From: Candidatus Latescibacterota bacterium
GTDB taxonomy: Bacteria > Latescibacterota > UBA2968 > UBA8231
DNA: 64,000 nucleotides
NCBI GenBank assembly: GCA_965242865.1
Contig: CBDETK010000013.1
Location: 1,920,001 to 1,984,000, forward strand
Reading direction: 5' to 3'
Positions within the stretch are counted from its first letter, which is position 1, and every line of letters starts with the position of its first letter. This document shows, one piece after another, positions 39,707-50,386 of this stretch. The position numbers were made by a program, and so were the translations under genes. The notes beneath the pieces were generated by a model. The model worked only from the letters and a program-made list of their open reading frames with translations, was not told the origin of the DNA and made no database searches.

Positions 39707-42700
39707 CTAGCCCCGATGGTAATCCTGCAGGGATCGCACCCCTAGTTCGGCGCGTTGCAGTGCTTCGATGCCCGCGGCCGCGGCGCGGGCCCCGGCCAAG
39801 GTCGTCGTGTAGGGCACGCCGGTTACGACCGCGGCTCGCCGCACCGCAAAGTCGTCGTAGTGCGAAGGCTCGTCGAGGGGGGTGTTGATAATCAGGTCGA
39901 TCTGGCGGCTGCGAATGGCGTCTTCGATGTGCGGACGCCCTTCGTGGATTTTGCGCACCCGCTCGGCCGCGATGCCGTGCTGGCCGAGAAAATGGCACGT
40001 GCCCTGCGTAGCCACCAACTCAAACCCGGCCGCGCACAGCCGGCGGGCCACCGGCAAGACCTCCTCTTTGTCGCAATCGGCTACGCTGATAAAGACCCGA
40101 CCGCGCGCTGGCAGCAGCGAACCCGCTCCCATCTGCGCCTTGAGGAAGGCCGTGCCAAAGTCGGGGCCGATGCCCATGACTTCGCCGGTGGATTTCATCT
40201 CCGGCCCCAGCAGGCTATCGGCCCCGGGGAATTTTATAAAGGGCAGCACGGCTTCTTTGACGGATATGTGCGCCGGCGCGACCTCCGCGGTAAAGCCCTG
40301 TTCGCGCAAGCTCATGCCCACCATGGCCCGGGCCGCGATCTGGGCCAGCGGGCGGCCAATGGCCTTGCTGACAAACGGCACGGTGCGCGAGGCCCGGGGA
40401 TTCACTTCAATGGCATAGACCTCGCCTTGATAGACCGCGTATTGCACGTTCATCAGGCCGACCACGCCGAGGGCGCGCGCCAGCGCGTGGGTGTGTTCGC
40501 GCATGGCCTCGATGTGCTCGGCCGGCGTGTCGTAGGGCGGCAAGGTACAGGCGCTGTCGCCCGAATGCACACCCGCGTGCTCGATGTGCTGCATGATCCC
40601 GCCGACGACCACGTCCGTCCCGTCGGCCACGGCATCCACGTCAAATTCCTCCGCACCTTGCAGGTAGCGGTCGATGAGCACGGGCCGCTCGGGCGCGACC
40701 TCAATGGCTTCGTTCATGTACGTTTCAAGGCCCCCGACATCGTAGGCGACGACCATGGCCCGCCCGCCGAGCACGTACGAGGGCCGCACCAAGACCGGGA
40801 AGCCGAGCTGCTCGGCGATTGCGCCGGCCTCGGCGCAACTGGCGGCCATGCCGTTGGCCGGCTGGCGGATGCCCAGTTCGTCGAGCAGTTGGCCAAAGCG
40901 CCGGCGGTCCTCGGCCCAGTCGATGCTGCGGGGCGAGGTGCCGATGATGGGCACGCCCTCGCGTGCGAGTTCGGCGGCCAAGTTCAGGGGCGTCTGGCCT
41001 CCGAACTGCACGATGACGCCGTCCGGGGCTTCGCGCTCGACGATGTGCAGCACGTCTTCGATCGTCAGCGGCTCAAAGTAGAGCTTGTCGGCCGTGTCGT
41101 AATCGGTGCTGACCGTCTCGGGATTGGAGTTGATCATGATGGTTTCGTAGCCGATTTCGCGCAGCGCGAAGCACGCGTGTACGCAACAATAATCGAACTC
41201 AATCCCTTGGCCGATGCGGTTTGGCCCCCCGCCGAGGATGGCGATTTTCTGGCGCGACGAGCGCACGACCTCGTCCTCGCGGTCGTACGTCGAGTAGTGG
41301 TAGGGCGTGTGGGCTTCAAACTCTGCGGCGCAGGTATCGACCGTTTTGTACACCGGGCGAATGGCCAACTCGCGGCGACGGCGGCGGACGCTCGCCTCGT
41401 CGCAGCCGCGGAGATGGGCTAGCTGGCGGTCGCTAAATCCCCACTCCTTGGCGCGGCGCAATAAGGCCGCATCGGCCAAGGCGTCTTCTCGCGCTAGCTG
41501 CTGCTCCAATTCAAAAAGCTGGTAGAGCTGGTCGAGAAACCACGGATCAATGCCCGTGAGGCCGTAGATCGCATCGTGGGTATAGCCTTTGGCAATGGCC
41601 AGCTTGAGGTACGCCATGCGCTGGGAGTTGGGACGCATCAATTTTTCGCGCAGTTCCTTGTCGGCCACCTTGGCCGCGCTGAGGTCCTTGCCGTCGGCGC
41701 CAAACCCGGCGCGGCCGACCTCCAGCGAGCGCAGGCCCTTTTGCAGGGACTCCTTAAAGGTCCGGCCAATGGCCATGGTTTCTCCCACCGAGCGCATCTG
41801 GGTGTCGAGGGCGTCGGGCGTGCTGGGAAACTTTTCAAAGGTAAAGCGCGGAATTTTGGTCACTACGTAGTCGATGGTCGGCTCAAAGGAGGCCGGGGTC
41901 TCGCGGGTGATGTCGTTGCGGATTTCGTCCAGCCCGTACCCCACGGCCAGTTTGGCGGCGATCTTGGCGATAGGAAAGCCCGTTGCTTTGGACGCCAGCG
42001 CCGAGGAGCGCGAGACCCGGGGGTTCATCTCGATGACGACCATGCGGCCGTTGGTGGGGTCGACCGCGAATTGGATGTTGGACCCGCCGGTATCCACCCC
42101 GATCTCGCGCATGATGCGGATGGCCGCGTCGCGCATCTGCTGGTATTCCTTGTCGGACAAGGTCTGCGCCGGCGCGACCGTGATGCTGTCGCCGGTGTGA
42201 ATCCCCATGGGGTCGAAGTTTTCAATTGAGCAGATAATGACCACGTTGTCGCGGTGATCGCGCATGACCTCCAGCTCAAACTCTTTCCACCCGAGCACTG
42301 ATTCCTCGATCAGCACCTCGTCAATCGGGCTTAGGTCGAGGCCGTGGCGGACGATCCGCTCAAATTCCTCGGCGTTGTACGCCACGCCGCCGCCCGAGCC
42401 GCCCAGCGTAAAGGAGGGGCGGATGATCGTGGGGTAGCCCAAGTCGGCTTGGTGGGTTTGGGCCTCTTCGAGGCTGTGGACGAAAGCCCCCCGGGGCATG
42501 TCCAACTCGGCCCGGTCCATGGCGGCTTTGAAGAGCTCGCGGTCTTCGGCCATCTTGATGGCGTCGAGCGGTGCGCCGATCATCTCGACGCCGTGCTCGG
42601 CGAGCGCGCCGCTTTCGGCCAAGGCCACCGCCGTGTTGAGCGCGGTCTGGCCGCCGAGCGTCGGCAGGAGGGCCTGCGGCTTTTCCTCGGCCATGATCCG

Positions 42701-42925
42701 CGCGCAAATCTCGGGCGTAATCGGCTCAATGTAAGTCCGGGCGGCCACTTCGGGATCGGTCATAATCGTGGCCGGATTGCTATTGACCAAGACGATGTCG
42801 TAGCCTTCTTCGGCCAGCGCCTTACAGGCTTGCGTCCCCGAATAGTCAAACTCGCAGGCTTGGCCAATGACGATGGGGCCGGAGCCGATGAGCATTATTT
42901 TTTGGATGTCAGTGCGTTTGGGCAT
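39707..42925 (-). CDS. carB: Carbamoyl-phosphate synthase large subunit
   Basis: [64 protein letters not shown]. Confidence 0.98.
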   Translation of the reverse strand: MPKRTDIQKIMLIGSGPIVIGQACEFDYSGTQACKALAEEGYDIVLVNSNPATIMTDPEVAARTYIEPITPEICARIMAEEKPQALLPTLGGQTALNTAVALAESGALAEHGVEMIGAPLDAIKMAEDRELFKAAMDRAELDMPRGAFVHSLEEAQTHQADLGYPTIIRPSFTLGGSGGGVAYNAEEFERIVRHGLDLSPIDEVLIEESVLGWKEFELEVMRDHRDNVVIICSIENFDPMGIHTGDSITVAPAQTLSDKEYQQMRDAAIRIMREIGVDTGGSNIQFAVDPTNGRMVVIEMNPRVSRSSALASKATGFPIAKIAAKLAVGYGLDEIRNDITRETPASFEPTIDYVVTKIPRFTFEKFPSTPDALDTQMRSVGETMAIGRTFKESLQKGLRSLEVGRAGFGADGKDLSAAKVADKELREKLMRPNSQRMAYLKLAIAKGYTHDAIYGLTGIDPWFLDQLYQLFELEQQLAREDALADAALLRRAKEWGFSDRQLAHLRGCDEASVRRRRRELAIRPVYKTVDTCAAEFEAHTPYHYSTYDREDEVVRSSRQKIAILGGGPNRIGQGIEFDYCCVHACFALREIGYETIMINSNPETVSTDYDTADKLYFEPLTIEDVLHIVEREAPDGVIVQFGGQTPLNLAAELAREGVPIIGTSPRSIDWAEDRRRFGQLLDELGIRQPANGMAASCAEAGAIAEQLGFPVLVRPSYVLGGRAMVVAYDVGGLETYMNEAIEVAPERPVLIDRYLQGAEEFDVDAVADGTDVVVGGIMQHIEHAGVHSGDSACTLPPYDTPAEHIEAMREHTHALARALGVVGLMNVQYAVYQGEVYAIEVNPRASRTVPFVSKAIGRPLAQIAARAMVGMSLREQGFTAEVAPAHISVKEAVLPFIKFPGADSLLGPEMKSTGEVMGIGPDFGTAFLKAQMGAGSLLPARGRVFISVADCDKEEVLPVARRLCAAGFELVATQGTCHFLGQHGIAAERVRKIHEGRPHIEDAIRSRQIDLIINTPLDEPSHYDDFAVRRAAVVTGVPYTTTLAGARAAAAGIEALQRAELGVRSLQDYHRG

Positions 42926-43021
42926 GGAGTTTTAGTGGAGACGAAAGGAGAGGGCTATGCAGCTTTGCTCGGATGCCGCATCTGCACGGTCCAGACCCCA
43001 GAAAGCTGAAAATCCCAAGAT

Positions 43022-45946
43022 TTACATCCTTCGTAGCGCAGCTTGGTTTGACCCATGCACCGACGGCTCGCTGCACCACAGCCGCCGCAAGTCTTCGAGT
43101 GCCTTCATGGTGCTGTGCGGCAAGCCCAGCAGGCGGACAACGACCTCGTCGATGGCGATTCGCGTTGGATCGACATGCGCTTGGCAAGCCGGCAGCAGAT
43201 CGGTTTTGGACAGCTTGTCAAAGTCAGCTATCCCTTGATCCAGTGCCGGATCATCTAGGCAGTCTAAACGCGGACACGGGACCCGCTTCAACGCCCCAAT
43301 CTGCGTAGTAGAACGACCTGCGTGTGTGCGCTGTCCTTTTGTCCAATGCATCACCATGCCAAATGTCGAGTTCGCCCACAACGCAAACGCCTTGAGGACT
43401 CGTGCATCTTCGTGGCCAAGCGTTGTCCAAGCGCGACCGCCCAGTGCCGATCTCCTAGTCGTCGCGGCAAGGAGTGCTTGTGACGTCCACCGCATGTTAC
43501 GTGCGTAGAATAGAGTGCTCTGACACGCTCGCATGGCCTGCCGATCGCGATCCGATCCGACGTTAGCTGGGGCACTTCCTTTGTGTGTAGGCAATACCAC
43601 GAGCCTTCGCTGCTTCTCACCGTTTGCTTCCCACAGTGCCCGATCCTTGCCAATGGCATCCGTGGAGCTTATCACCGGGTGGAACTCGAAAGCACCTATC
43701 TCATCGCCGCCATGCAAATGGCCAATCAGATGATGCGTAGGCCCGACTTCAAACACTTCCCCGATGGTGGACATGTCCACGCCGAGGGGTATGAGTGCAT
43801 CCCCAAGGTGGGTAAGTTTCCCCGTCGTCAGTCCGTCCGCAGCAAAGGCAAGCCCCGCATGCTTAACCCCAAGCGGACTCCACGGCGCACCATTCCCACC
43901 AGCATCGAACACCGCCACCTGACCCAATTCGTCTTCACCAACCCTGATGGGCCGGCTTGTGCCTGCTCCGCCAATACCTTTGAGGGCTGCCCCAATAGCA
44001 CGGGCAATTTCTCCGGCCTCCCCGATCCGGATAGGCGGGCTATGGAGCGTCACGCAGTGAATGGGGGCCGCGTTGCCCTCATCTTTCATCGGACGCCGTG
44101 TTGCCACCAGCAACATTTCTTCCATATCAGTGTCCGCGGACAGTGCTTCTTGTCCCAATGCTTGGCCAGCGGCCACCGCGATAGCGGTAATATCCGTGAA
44201 TTCTCGTTCGATCATCTGCCGCGTAACCGCCCACGAATCGGCGAATGCGGCCGTCAGCGGCAGCACAAACCCGATGCGCCCATTGCGCCTAACTTTCCTT
44301 CTTGCCAGTGCCAGAAACGATGCTGCCATGCCGGCCTTATTATTAACAGGCTCGTTCTTCACCAAGCGGCCCCACCTCTTCTGACATGCCTTGCGTTCAC
44401 TTTCGGTCAACCCGGCAATGTCAAAAGCACTTTGCCCTCCTCTAGTCCGAGAATACGGCGGATTCATTAGAATCCAGTCAACGCTCTCTGCACCTATGAC
44501 GACAGAAAGAGCACCGCTTCCACCGCCCGTAGCTCGACCGGCAACATCTTCAAATAAGTCTCTCACCTCGTCGGTATGAAAGTACTCGAGTGCCCCGGTC
44601 AAGCCGACGCCCCCCACAGCTACCCACCCAATCTGCGTGTCGCCATACGGTTCGCCCGAACCGAGGGCTGCCAAGGAAGATGAAGTCAAATGTGCGGCAA
44701 TAGGGCTGACATCCGTTCCAATCAGGCCCGACTCCATAGCGGTACGATGAAGTTGACGGACGGTCTCCTCCGTGCCCCCGGCTTGTTCATGTAATTCGCT
44801 AATACGCCGGTATCCGGCCCGCAATAACGTCCCGGTTCCACACGCTAAATCCGCTAGCCTACAGCGTTCAAACAATCGACCCGATCGCCATTGGTTGCGC
44901 CGTAGTGAATCAGCCCGGATCGTCAAAGCAGCAAGCAATTCCGCGGTAGCGGGTTGCGTGTAGAAAGCGGCAGCCCGCTTTCTGTCTTCACTTAGCTTAG
45001 GAAACAACTCCGCCCCGACGTTGATATATAGCCCGAGGCGGGCCAGTTCGATTTTTTCTACCGCACGAATGAGTTGCTTGAGTGCTTGTCCGGTCGCACT
45101 GGGATGGATGTTCCCCAACTTGCTAAGGACGCGAATAGCCGGATCGAAAATCGAACGCCAGTTCTCTCCAAGAACGGCCTGCCACACCTCCACTTGCTTG
45201 GAAGGAACAGGCAACGGAGAGGCACTAAAATCTAAGGGGGGTATCTCCTCCACTCCCTGCATGGAAAGCCGCTGTTGGGTAAGTAGCGCATTGAGCCACA
45301 GTACCATCGTGGTCCGCAGACCCTTCAACGGCGTCCGCTGCTGTACGAGGGCCGCAACCTGTTGAAGTTGCTTTGGCGACAACGCCGTTTCGAGCAGGTC
45401 AGCCGACTGATTCACCCGCTCGGCGATATCTGACGCAACCTGTTCCACAGACTCTCTCGGCAATGCCGCTGCGGACAGGAGCCGCGCTATGTCATGGACG
45501 GTGCCTCTTATGAATCCCTTCGTAGGCCAGCGCCGAAATTCCTCATTGTCGATCCGTTGGTGGAGCGCATACTGCATCTTCTTACCGCTAACCAACGCCT
45601 CCTTGATTTCCGGCAGCGCAAGGGTTCGGTACTTCGGGTCAATATACAGTGCCAGCGTGGTGTCAACTTGGAGGCCGCGGTCCGCGGTCCGTGCTCCTAG
45701 GCGCGCCTTGGCATCCTTATCCGCATCGGCCTTGCCAAACGATGTCTCTATGATCACCGGCGGCGATAGGGCATCGACGATCAAAATGTCGGGCCGCTTG
45801 GCCCTGTTGCCCGCACCCGCCAGCGTCTGCGTTTGCTCCACTTGAACGATACTGGACTTCGCCCGCCAACGTGCAGTTGTCGCAACAAGAGCCGCCCCTA
45901 ATGCTTGGTTGAAGGTTCCTTCAACGCTTTTGCCAGTCTTTGCCAT
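43022..45946 (-). CDS. Fused restriction-modification enzyme (type IIG-like)
   Basis: N-terminal PDILI..IIETS nuclease-like motif, FYTQP, DLACGTGTLL, MNPPY, C-terminal target-recognition-like region; lower GC than flanks. Confidence 0.8.
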   Translation of the reverse strand: MAKTGKSVEGTFNQALGAALVATTARWRAKSSIVQVEQTQTLAGAGNRAKRPDILIVDALSPPVIIETSFGKADADKDAKARLGARTADRGLQVDTTLALYIDPKYRTLALPEIKEALVSGKKMQYALHQRIDNEEFRRWPTKGFIRGTVHDIARLLSAAALPRESVEQVASDIAERVNQSADLLETALSPKQLQQVAALVQQRTPLKGLRTTMVLWLNALLTQQRLSMQGVEEIPPLDFSASPLPVPSKQVEVWQAVLGENWRSIFDPAIRVLSKLGNIHPSATGQALKQLIRAVEKIELARLGLYINVGAELFPKLSEDRKRAAAFYTQPATAELLAALTIRADSLRRNQWRSGRLFERCRLADLACGTGTLLRAGYRRISELHEQAGGTEETVRQLHRTAMESGLIGTDVSPIAAHLTSSSLAALGSGEPYGDTQIGWVAVGGVGLTGALEYFHTDEVRDLFEDVAGRATGGGSGALSVVIGAESVDWILMNPPYSRTRGGQSAFDIAGLTESERKACQKRWGRLVKNEPVNNKAGMAASFLALARRKVRRNGRIGFVLPLTAAFADSWAVTRQMIEREFTDITAIAVAAGQALGQEALSADTDMEEMLLVATRRPMKDEGNAAPIHCVTLHSPPIRIGEAGEIARAIGAALKGIGGAGTSRPIRVGEDELGQVAVFDAGGNGAPWSPLGVKHAGLAFAADGLTTGKLTHLGDALIPLGVDMSTIGEVFEVGPTHHLIGHLHGGDEIGAFEFHPVISSTDAIGKDRALWEANGEKQRRLVVLPTHKGSAPANVGSDRDRQAMRACQSTLFYARNMRWTSQALLAATTRRSALGGRAWTTLGHEDARVLKAFALWANSTFGMVMHWTKGQRTHAGRSTTQIGALKRVPCPRLDCLDDPALDQGIADFDKLSKTDLLPACQAHVDPTRIAIDEVVVRLLGLPHSTMKALEDLRRLWCSEPSVHGSNQAALRRM

Positions 45947-46030
45947 GAGGTTTCCTTGGTGGATAATGTCCTATTCCTTTTCCCAAAAGGCTGGATTCAG
46001 CCCCATTTTGAGTTTTACACGGAATAATAA

Positions 46031-46162
46031 GAGGCTGTCTGAAAACTCTGGTTGTCCCTTGCGTCTAAACGATACCGGCTGGATTCCCGCTTTCGCGGGA
46101 AAGACGAAGACCGTCTGTATAGCTGGTTCAACATGTCCCAAGGTGGGTTTTCAGACAGCTTC
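46031..46162. mobile_element. MITE family A (132 bp)
   Basis: GAGGCTGTCTGAAAA / TTTTCAGACAGCTTC (14/15), TAA on both sides, internal ATTCCCGCTTTCGCGGGAA hairpin. Confidence 0.85.
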
Positions 46163-46297
46163 TAAGTACCGTAAGTCTCTTTTTTCTCCGCTTATTTTTT
46201 ATTCTCTTGCTCATCAGGTACGTCATTGTGTATGCGGAACAAAGTTACGCCATAAGGTGCCGGCACGTTATGGCGGCAGATTAGTCGGCCAATATTC

Positions 46298-47422
46298 TCA
46301 TGCTCTTTCGCCGTCCATAATGGCGTCGAGGTCTTCCCAAGTGACATTGGACAACTTGGCCCCGGTGGCCTTGTACTGTCGGCAAGCCTCAATATCTGCT
46401 TCGGTTATGTGGGGATAGCTCTGCATAATGTCATCTACGGTGCTGCCGTTTTCCAACAGGTTGGTTATCAGTTCCACAGAGATGCGAGTGCCTTGCACCG
46501 TGGGCTTGCCCGCCAGTATCTGCGGGTTGCAGACGATGCGTTCCTTATAGAGTGTAGGCGAGATTTGCTCTTTGTCGGGCCTAGCGCGTCTTCGCACACG
46601 GACCTGCCGTGCCGCTTGTGCTTCCTCGCGCCTTCTCGCCAAGACCCTATCAATCGTCTCTTGGATGATGGCCTCGCGGTTCCGAGCGGTGATCTTTTCG
46701 ACGTACTCCTCGCGGACGCGCTGGCGGATGCGCTCGCGGACGCGCTCACGGATGCGCTCCATGCGCTGCTCGCGGATGCGCTCCACGCGCTGCTCGCGGA
46801 TTATCTGTACAAGTTGCTCGTATTGACCCTGCAAGTATTTCTCTTGTATTCGCTCGCCATCCCATATATTGAAATCAGCAATGCCCGAGGCGGCACGTAC
46901 TCTGTTAATTAAATCTTGATCGTCCTCATAATCGCCACAGTGGAATCGGCGGTAAAAGACAGAGTAGGCCAACGCAATGTCCGGGATCGTACCGTCGGCG
47001 AATGATCCCGCGATCCATTTATAAGGGAGCTTCTCTCGGCGAATGACCATTTGCACACCATGCGCTCCACCGCAGCACGACATACACACGCCCAGGCCGC
47101 CATTGAGGATTTCGTTAATGGGCCGAATATAGTCGGCGAGGTCGGACCAAAGGAGCTCTTCCTGATTGGTAAGCTGAATGCCCTGCTCGCTCCTGTGCGT
47201 GCTCAGATGCAGGATTGGCGGTTTGTGGAATTCGTCTATCGCCTCGTCCACCTCAGCGGTCATGGCGATGTGGAACTCATCCAAGTCAACGGCGAGGCTG
47301 TACCAGTATGGAATTCCGGCGATGTCGAGAACCGAGCAAAGCGCTTGGCCCTCGGTGCGGAGATCGCGCAGTTCTGCTGGCGCTGGCGATTCGACGATGT
47401 GGACGTAGAAATCGGCGGACAT
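46298..47422 (-). CDS. Caspase/CHAT-like domain + charged helical repeat + DUF433 fusion protein
   Basis: ILHLSTH and CMSCC segments; repeated RIRE(Q/R)R; C-terminal IVCNPQILAGKPTVQGTRISVELI..SYPHIT.ADI (DUF433); AAGGAG RBS. Confidence 0.65.
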   Translation of the reverse strand: MSADFYVHIVESPAPAELRDLRTEGQALCSVLDIAGIPYWYSLAVDLDEFHIAMTAEVDEAIDEFHKPPILHLSTHRSEQGIQLTNQEELLWSDLADYIRPINEILNGGLGVCMSCCGGAHGVQMVIRREKLPYKWIAGSFADGTIPDIALAYSVFYRRFHCGDYEDDQDLINRVRAASGIADFNIWDGERIQEKYLQGQYEQLVQIIREQRVERIREQRMERIRERVRERIRQRVREEYVEKITARNREAIIQETIDRVLARRREEAQAARQVRVRRRARPDKEQISPTLYKERIVCNPQILAGKPTVQGTRISVELITNLLENGSTVDDIMQSYPHITEADIEACRQYKATGAKLSNVTWEDLDAIMDGERA

Positions 47423-47493
47423 TTCAATCTCTCCTTGACATAATACCGCGACGGATCAACTAAAACCCATCCCTCGCGGCCCCATGCAGGCGG

Positions 47494-47979
47494 TTAAAGC
47501 CTTAGATAAATGAGGAGCAGGGTGAGCGCGATTACGGCGGTGATGCTGGCTTGGAGCGCGAGTTGGCCGCAGCGCTCCCAATCGAGGCTCGGACGGACGT
47601 TGCGCTTGTGGACTTCCCTGAGATCGACCTGAAAGCGCTGCTCGTTGATGAGGCGGACGAGGTGGGGGTCGTAGTCGGCAATGGCCTTTAGGACCATGCG
47701 CTTGCGGCGCGCCGCTTTTTCAGCGCAGACCCGCTGGGCGTCCTGGGCCGCGACCTGGGCCAGCGGGACAGCGAGGTCGGCGTCGCGCGTATTGGTTTTC
47801 TCGCGCGCCAAATTCTCGGCCAAGCGGCTGAGCGCTTCGCGGCTTTTTACGTTGTCTTCAATAACGGTGTAGCAGGTATCGATAAAGCGGCTGAAATCCG
47901 CGAGGATCTCCTCTTCCGAAAGCCCCAGCAGGTAGGACTCTTCGATCATTTCTTCAATGGCGTCTTTGACGTCGGCCAT
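47494..47979 (-). CDS. Hypothetical protein with a C-terminal transmembrane helix
   Basis: 161-aa ORF with host-like codon usage; helical, hydrophobic C-terminus. Confidence 0.55.
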   Translation of the reverse strand: MADVKDAIEEMIEESYLLGLSEEEILADFSRFIDTCYTVIEDNVKSREALSRLAENLAREKTNTRDADLAVPLAQVAAQDAQRVCAEKAARRKRMVLKAIADYDPHLVRLINEQRFQVDLREVHKRNVRPSLDWERCGQLALQASITAVIALTLLLIYLRL

Positions 47980-48080
47980 AGTGCAAGCCCTGTAAATTAA
48001 ATGTGCAAAAGCCAAGAAGCACCCACAGCGGCACCTCGGTTCCATTTCCGTTTTCAGAGTACAGCATCGCTCCAAACATG

Positions 48081-49643
48081 TCAAGCAGACCGCGCCGCAT
48101 CCACCAAAGCCAAGGCGATTTCGTCGGCTATATCGCCCGCCCGCATCCCCCATTCCCCCAGCCGCTCGGCCGCCCGATCCCCGGCCAGACCGTGGACATA
48201 GACTCCGAGACAAGCCGCCTCATCCGCGCCCAGCCCTTGGGCCATCAGCCCGGCGATGACCCCGGTCAGCACGTCGCCCGCGCCGGCCGTAGCCATGCCC
48301 GCATTGCCCGTAGGATTGACGGCCATGCGCCCATCGGCCAAGGCCACGACGGTCGGGGCGCCCTTCAACACGAGCGTCGCCCCAAATTCGCCGGCAAAGT
48401 CGCGGGCCACCGCCATGGGCGCGGCGGCAATCTGTTGTTTGTCCAACCCGCTCAAGCGGGCGAACTCACCCACGTGGGGCGTGAGAACCAGCCGGGCCGA
48501 GCGGGCCTTGAGCGCGTCGGCCCGCCCGGCAAAGGCACTCAGCCCGTCCGCATCCAAAACGAGGGGTTGCTCGGTGCGCAACACCAGCCGTCTCACCAGC
48601 TCTGCGGTCTCTCGATAGCGGCCCAAGCCCGGCCCCAAGGCCAAGACATCGGCCCGCGTCAACATAGCCTGCACTTCGCCCAAGGCCCGCAGCGACAAAC
48701 AGCGCCGCTTGCGTACTTCGGGCAATGGCCGGGTCATCACCTCAGAGAGCTTGACCTCGACGATGTCGTTGAGACTGGCCGGCACCCCTAAATGGACGCG
48801 CCCCGCCCCGCTTCTGAGTGCAGCATCTGCCGTCAGCGCGGCCGCCCCGGTCATGCCCACCGATCCCGCGATCACGACCGCTGTTCCACAACTTCCCTTG
48901 TGCTCGTCGCCGCGGCGGCGCGGCACGAGCGGCCCAAGCCCCTCGGCCGCAAGCAGCAGGGCTGGGGCGGTCGCGTCGCGCAGGATGGGTTCGGGGAAGC
49001 CGATATTGGCCAAGTGCAACGCCCCGCAATGCGCTCGGCCGGGATAAAAGAGGTGCCCGACTTTGACCAACCCAAAGGTGACCGTCAGCACGGCTTGCAC
49101 GGCCGCGCCGTCAACCCTTCCGCTGTCGGCTTCGACCCCCGAGGGAATATCCACCGCCACCACGGGTCGCGCACACTGGGCGAGGCACTCAATGACCCGG
49201 GCCATAGCGGGACGGGGTGCGCCGCGCAATCCGGTTCCCAACAGCGCGTCAATCGCCAAGTCGGCTTTGCGGAGGGCCGCGTCGAGCGGGGCCAAGTCTG
49301 CGCCGAGCACTTCGACCGCACAGCCGGCCTGTTCGCAGCGCTGCAAGTGCTCGGCCGCTGCTCCTCGCATGGCCGTGCGATCGGCCGCGAGGAAGACGCG
49401 CGCCGAGCCGCCGCCACCGTGCAAGAGCCGGGCCGCGGCCAAGCCATCGCCGCCATTGTGGCCCTTGCCGCACAGGACTACGGCCTGCAAACCGGCCAAG
49501 CCATCCCAGCGCGCCGCAATGGCCGCGACCACCTCGGCCCCCGCCCGCTCTATGAGTTCAGCACTGGAGATGCCGGCCTCGGCCAGGGTGCGCCGATCGA
49601 CCTCGGCCATTGCGCGGCCCGTTATCAGTTTGGGCAAGTCCAT
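48081..49643 (-). CDS. nnr: Bifunctional NAD(P)HX epimerase/dehydratase
   Basis: CGKGHNGGDG, DALLGTG, VDIPSG, HKG, GPGLG, DADGL, TPHVGEF, LKGA, GAGDVL. Confidence 0.95.
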   Translation of the reverse strand: MDLPKLITGRAMAEVDRRTLAEAGISSAELIERAGAEVVAAIAARWDGLAGLQAVVLCGKGHNGGDGLAAARLLHGGGGSARVFLAADRTAMRGAAAEHLQRCEQAGCAVEVLGADLAPLDAALRKADLAIDALLGTGLRGAPRPAMARVIECLAQCARPVVAVDIPSGVEADSGRVDGAAVQAVLTVTFGLVKVGHLFYPGRAHCGALHLANIGFPEPILRDATAPALLLAAEGLGPLVPRRRGDEHKGSCGTAVVIAGSVGMTGAAALTADAALRSGAGRVHLGVPASLNDIVEVKLSEVMTRPLPEVRKRRCLSLRALGEVQAMLTRADVLALGPGLGRYRETAELVRRLVLRTEQPLVLDADGLSAFAGRADALKARSARLVLTPHVGEFARLSGLDKQQIAAAPMAVARDFAGEFGATLVLKGAPTVVALADGRMAVNPTGNAGMATAGAGDVLTGVIAGLMAQGLGADEAACLGVYVHGLAGDRAAERLGEWGMRAGDIADEIALALVDAARSA

Positions 49644-49645
49644 GC

Positions 49646-50386
49646 TCAAGCCTCCCAAGGGCGAACCAGTTCGCGCAGCCGGCGCGGGGCTTCGCGGGGC
49701 AGGGGTTGGCCGGTGTACTTGGGCAAGAGCGCGCGAAAGCCAACGCTGATCCACAAGGCCCACGCCGACAGACCGCCGCAGAACAAGCCCAAGCCCGAAG
49801 CCACGCTCAGGCCCAAGGCCAAGACAGCGGTCAGCAGAAAAACCAACGACAGCTTTACGTTATCAATCGACAGCAGAAAGCTGTAGCGCACCGTGCCCCA
49901 CACCGACCCCTCTTGGGTGACCAGCACCGGAAAAACGTACATCGCAACCATGCCCACCAGCAGCAGGAACCAAACCATCAGCCCGCCCAAAAACACCCCC
50001 AACCAACCGCCCAGCCGCTGGTAAAAGACCACGTTGACCAGCACCAGCGCGACTGCCGAGACCACCAGCAAGCCCAGCGCAAGGGCGCGCCAAAAGAGCG
50101 TGCGGCCAGCCGCCCAGCCGGCCCGCAGGCCAAAGTCCCGGCCCCGCGCCCAAGCCGCTCCCGCCGCGAAGAGCACGGCCGTGGCCGGCGCACCCAATAG
50201 CAAGGCACCGGCTAAGACAGCGGTCCCCACCAAGCCCAAGCCGCCCAGCCCAAACCCCAGTTGCAAAAGCAGGTAAGCCCCGCCGATCCAAGGCAAGCTC
50301 AACGCGCTCCATAACAAGTTGTAGCCCACCAACCCTCCCAAGCGGTCGTACGCCGTCCACAAAAAGCGTTGCAGGTTTTCGCTCAC
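49646..50386 (-). CDS. DUF624/YesL-like membrane protein
   Basis: NLLW...GAPATA motif and multiple TM segments; GTGA overlap with the upstream gene. Confidence 0.65.
   Translation of the reverse strand: MSENLQRFLWTAYDRLGGLVGYNLLWSALSLPWIGGAYLLLQLGFGLGGLGLVGTAVLAGALLLGAPATAVLFAAGAAWARGRDFGLRAGWAAGRTLFWRALALGLLVVSAVALVLVNVVFYQRLGGWLGVFLGGLMVWFLLLVGMVAMYVFPVLVTQEGSVWGTVRYSFLLSIDNVKLSLVFLLTAVLALGLSVASGLGLFCGGLSAWALWISVGFRALLPKYTGQPLPREAPRRLRELVRPWEA

Noticed and set aside
39755-41422. Long antisense or alternate-frame ORFs (555 aa opposite carB; also 8966..9766, 48792..49886, 51618..52601 and others)
   Set aside because: Shadow ORFs expected from high-GC codon bias opposite well-supported genes; no motifs.
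46031-46045. Neisseria-type DNA uptake sequence (GCCGTCTGAA-like)
   Set aside because: Imperfect match, confined to MITE termini rather than dispersed.
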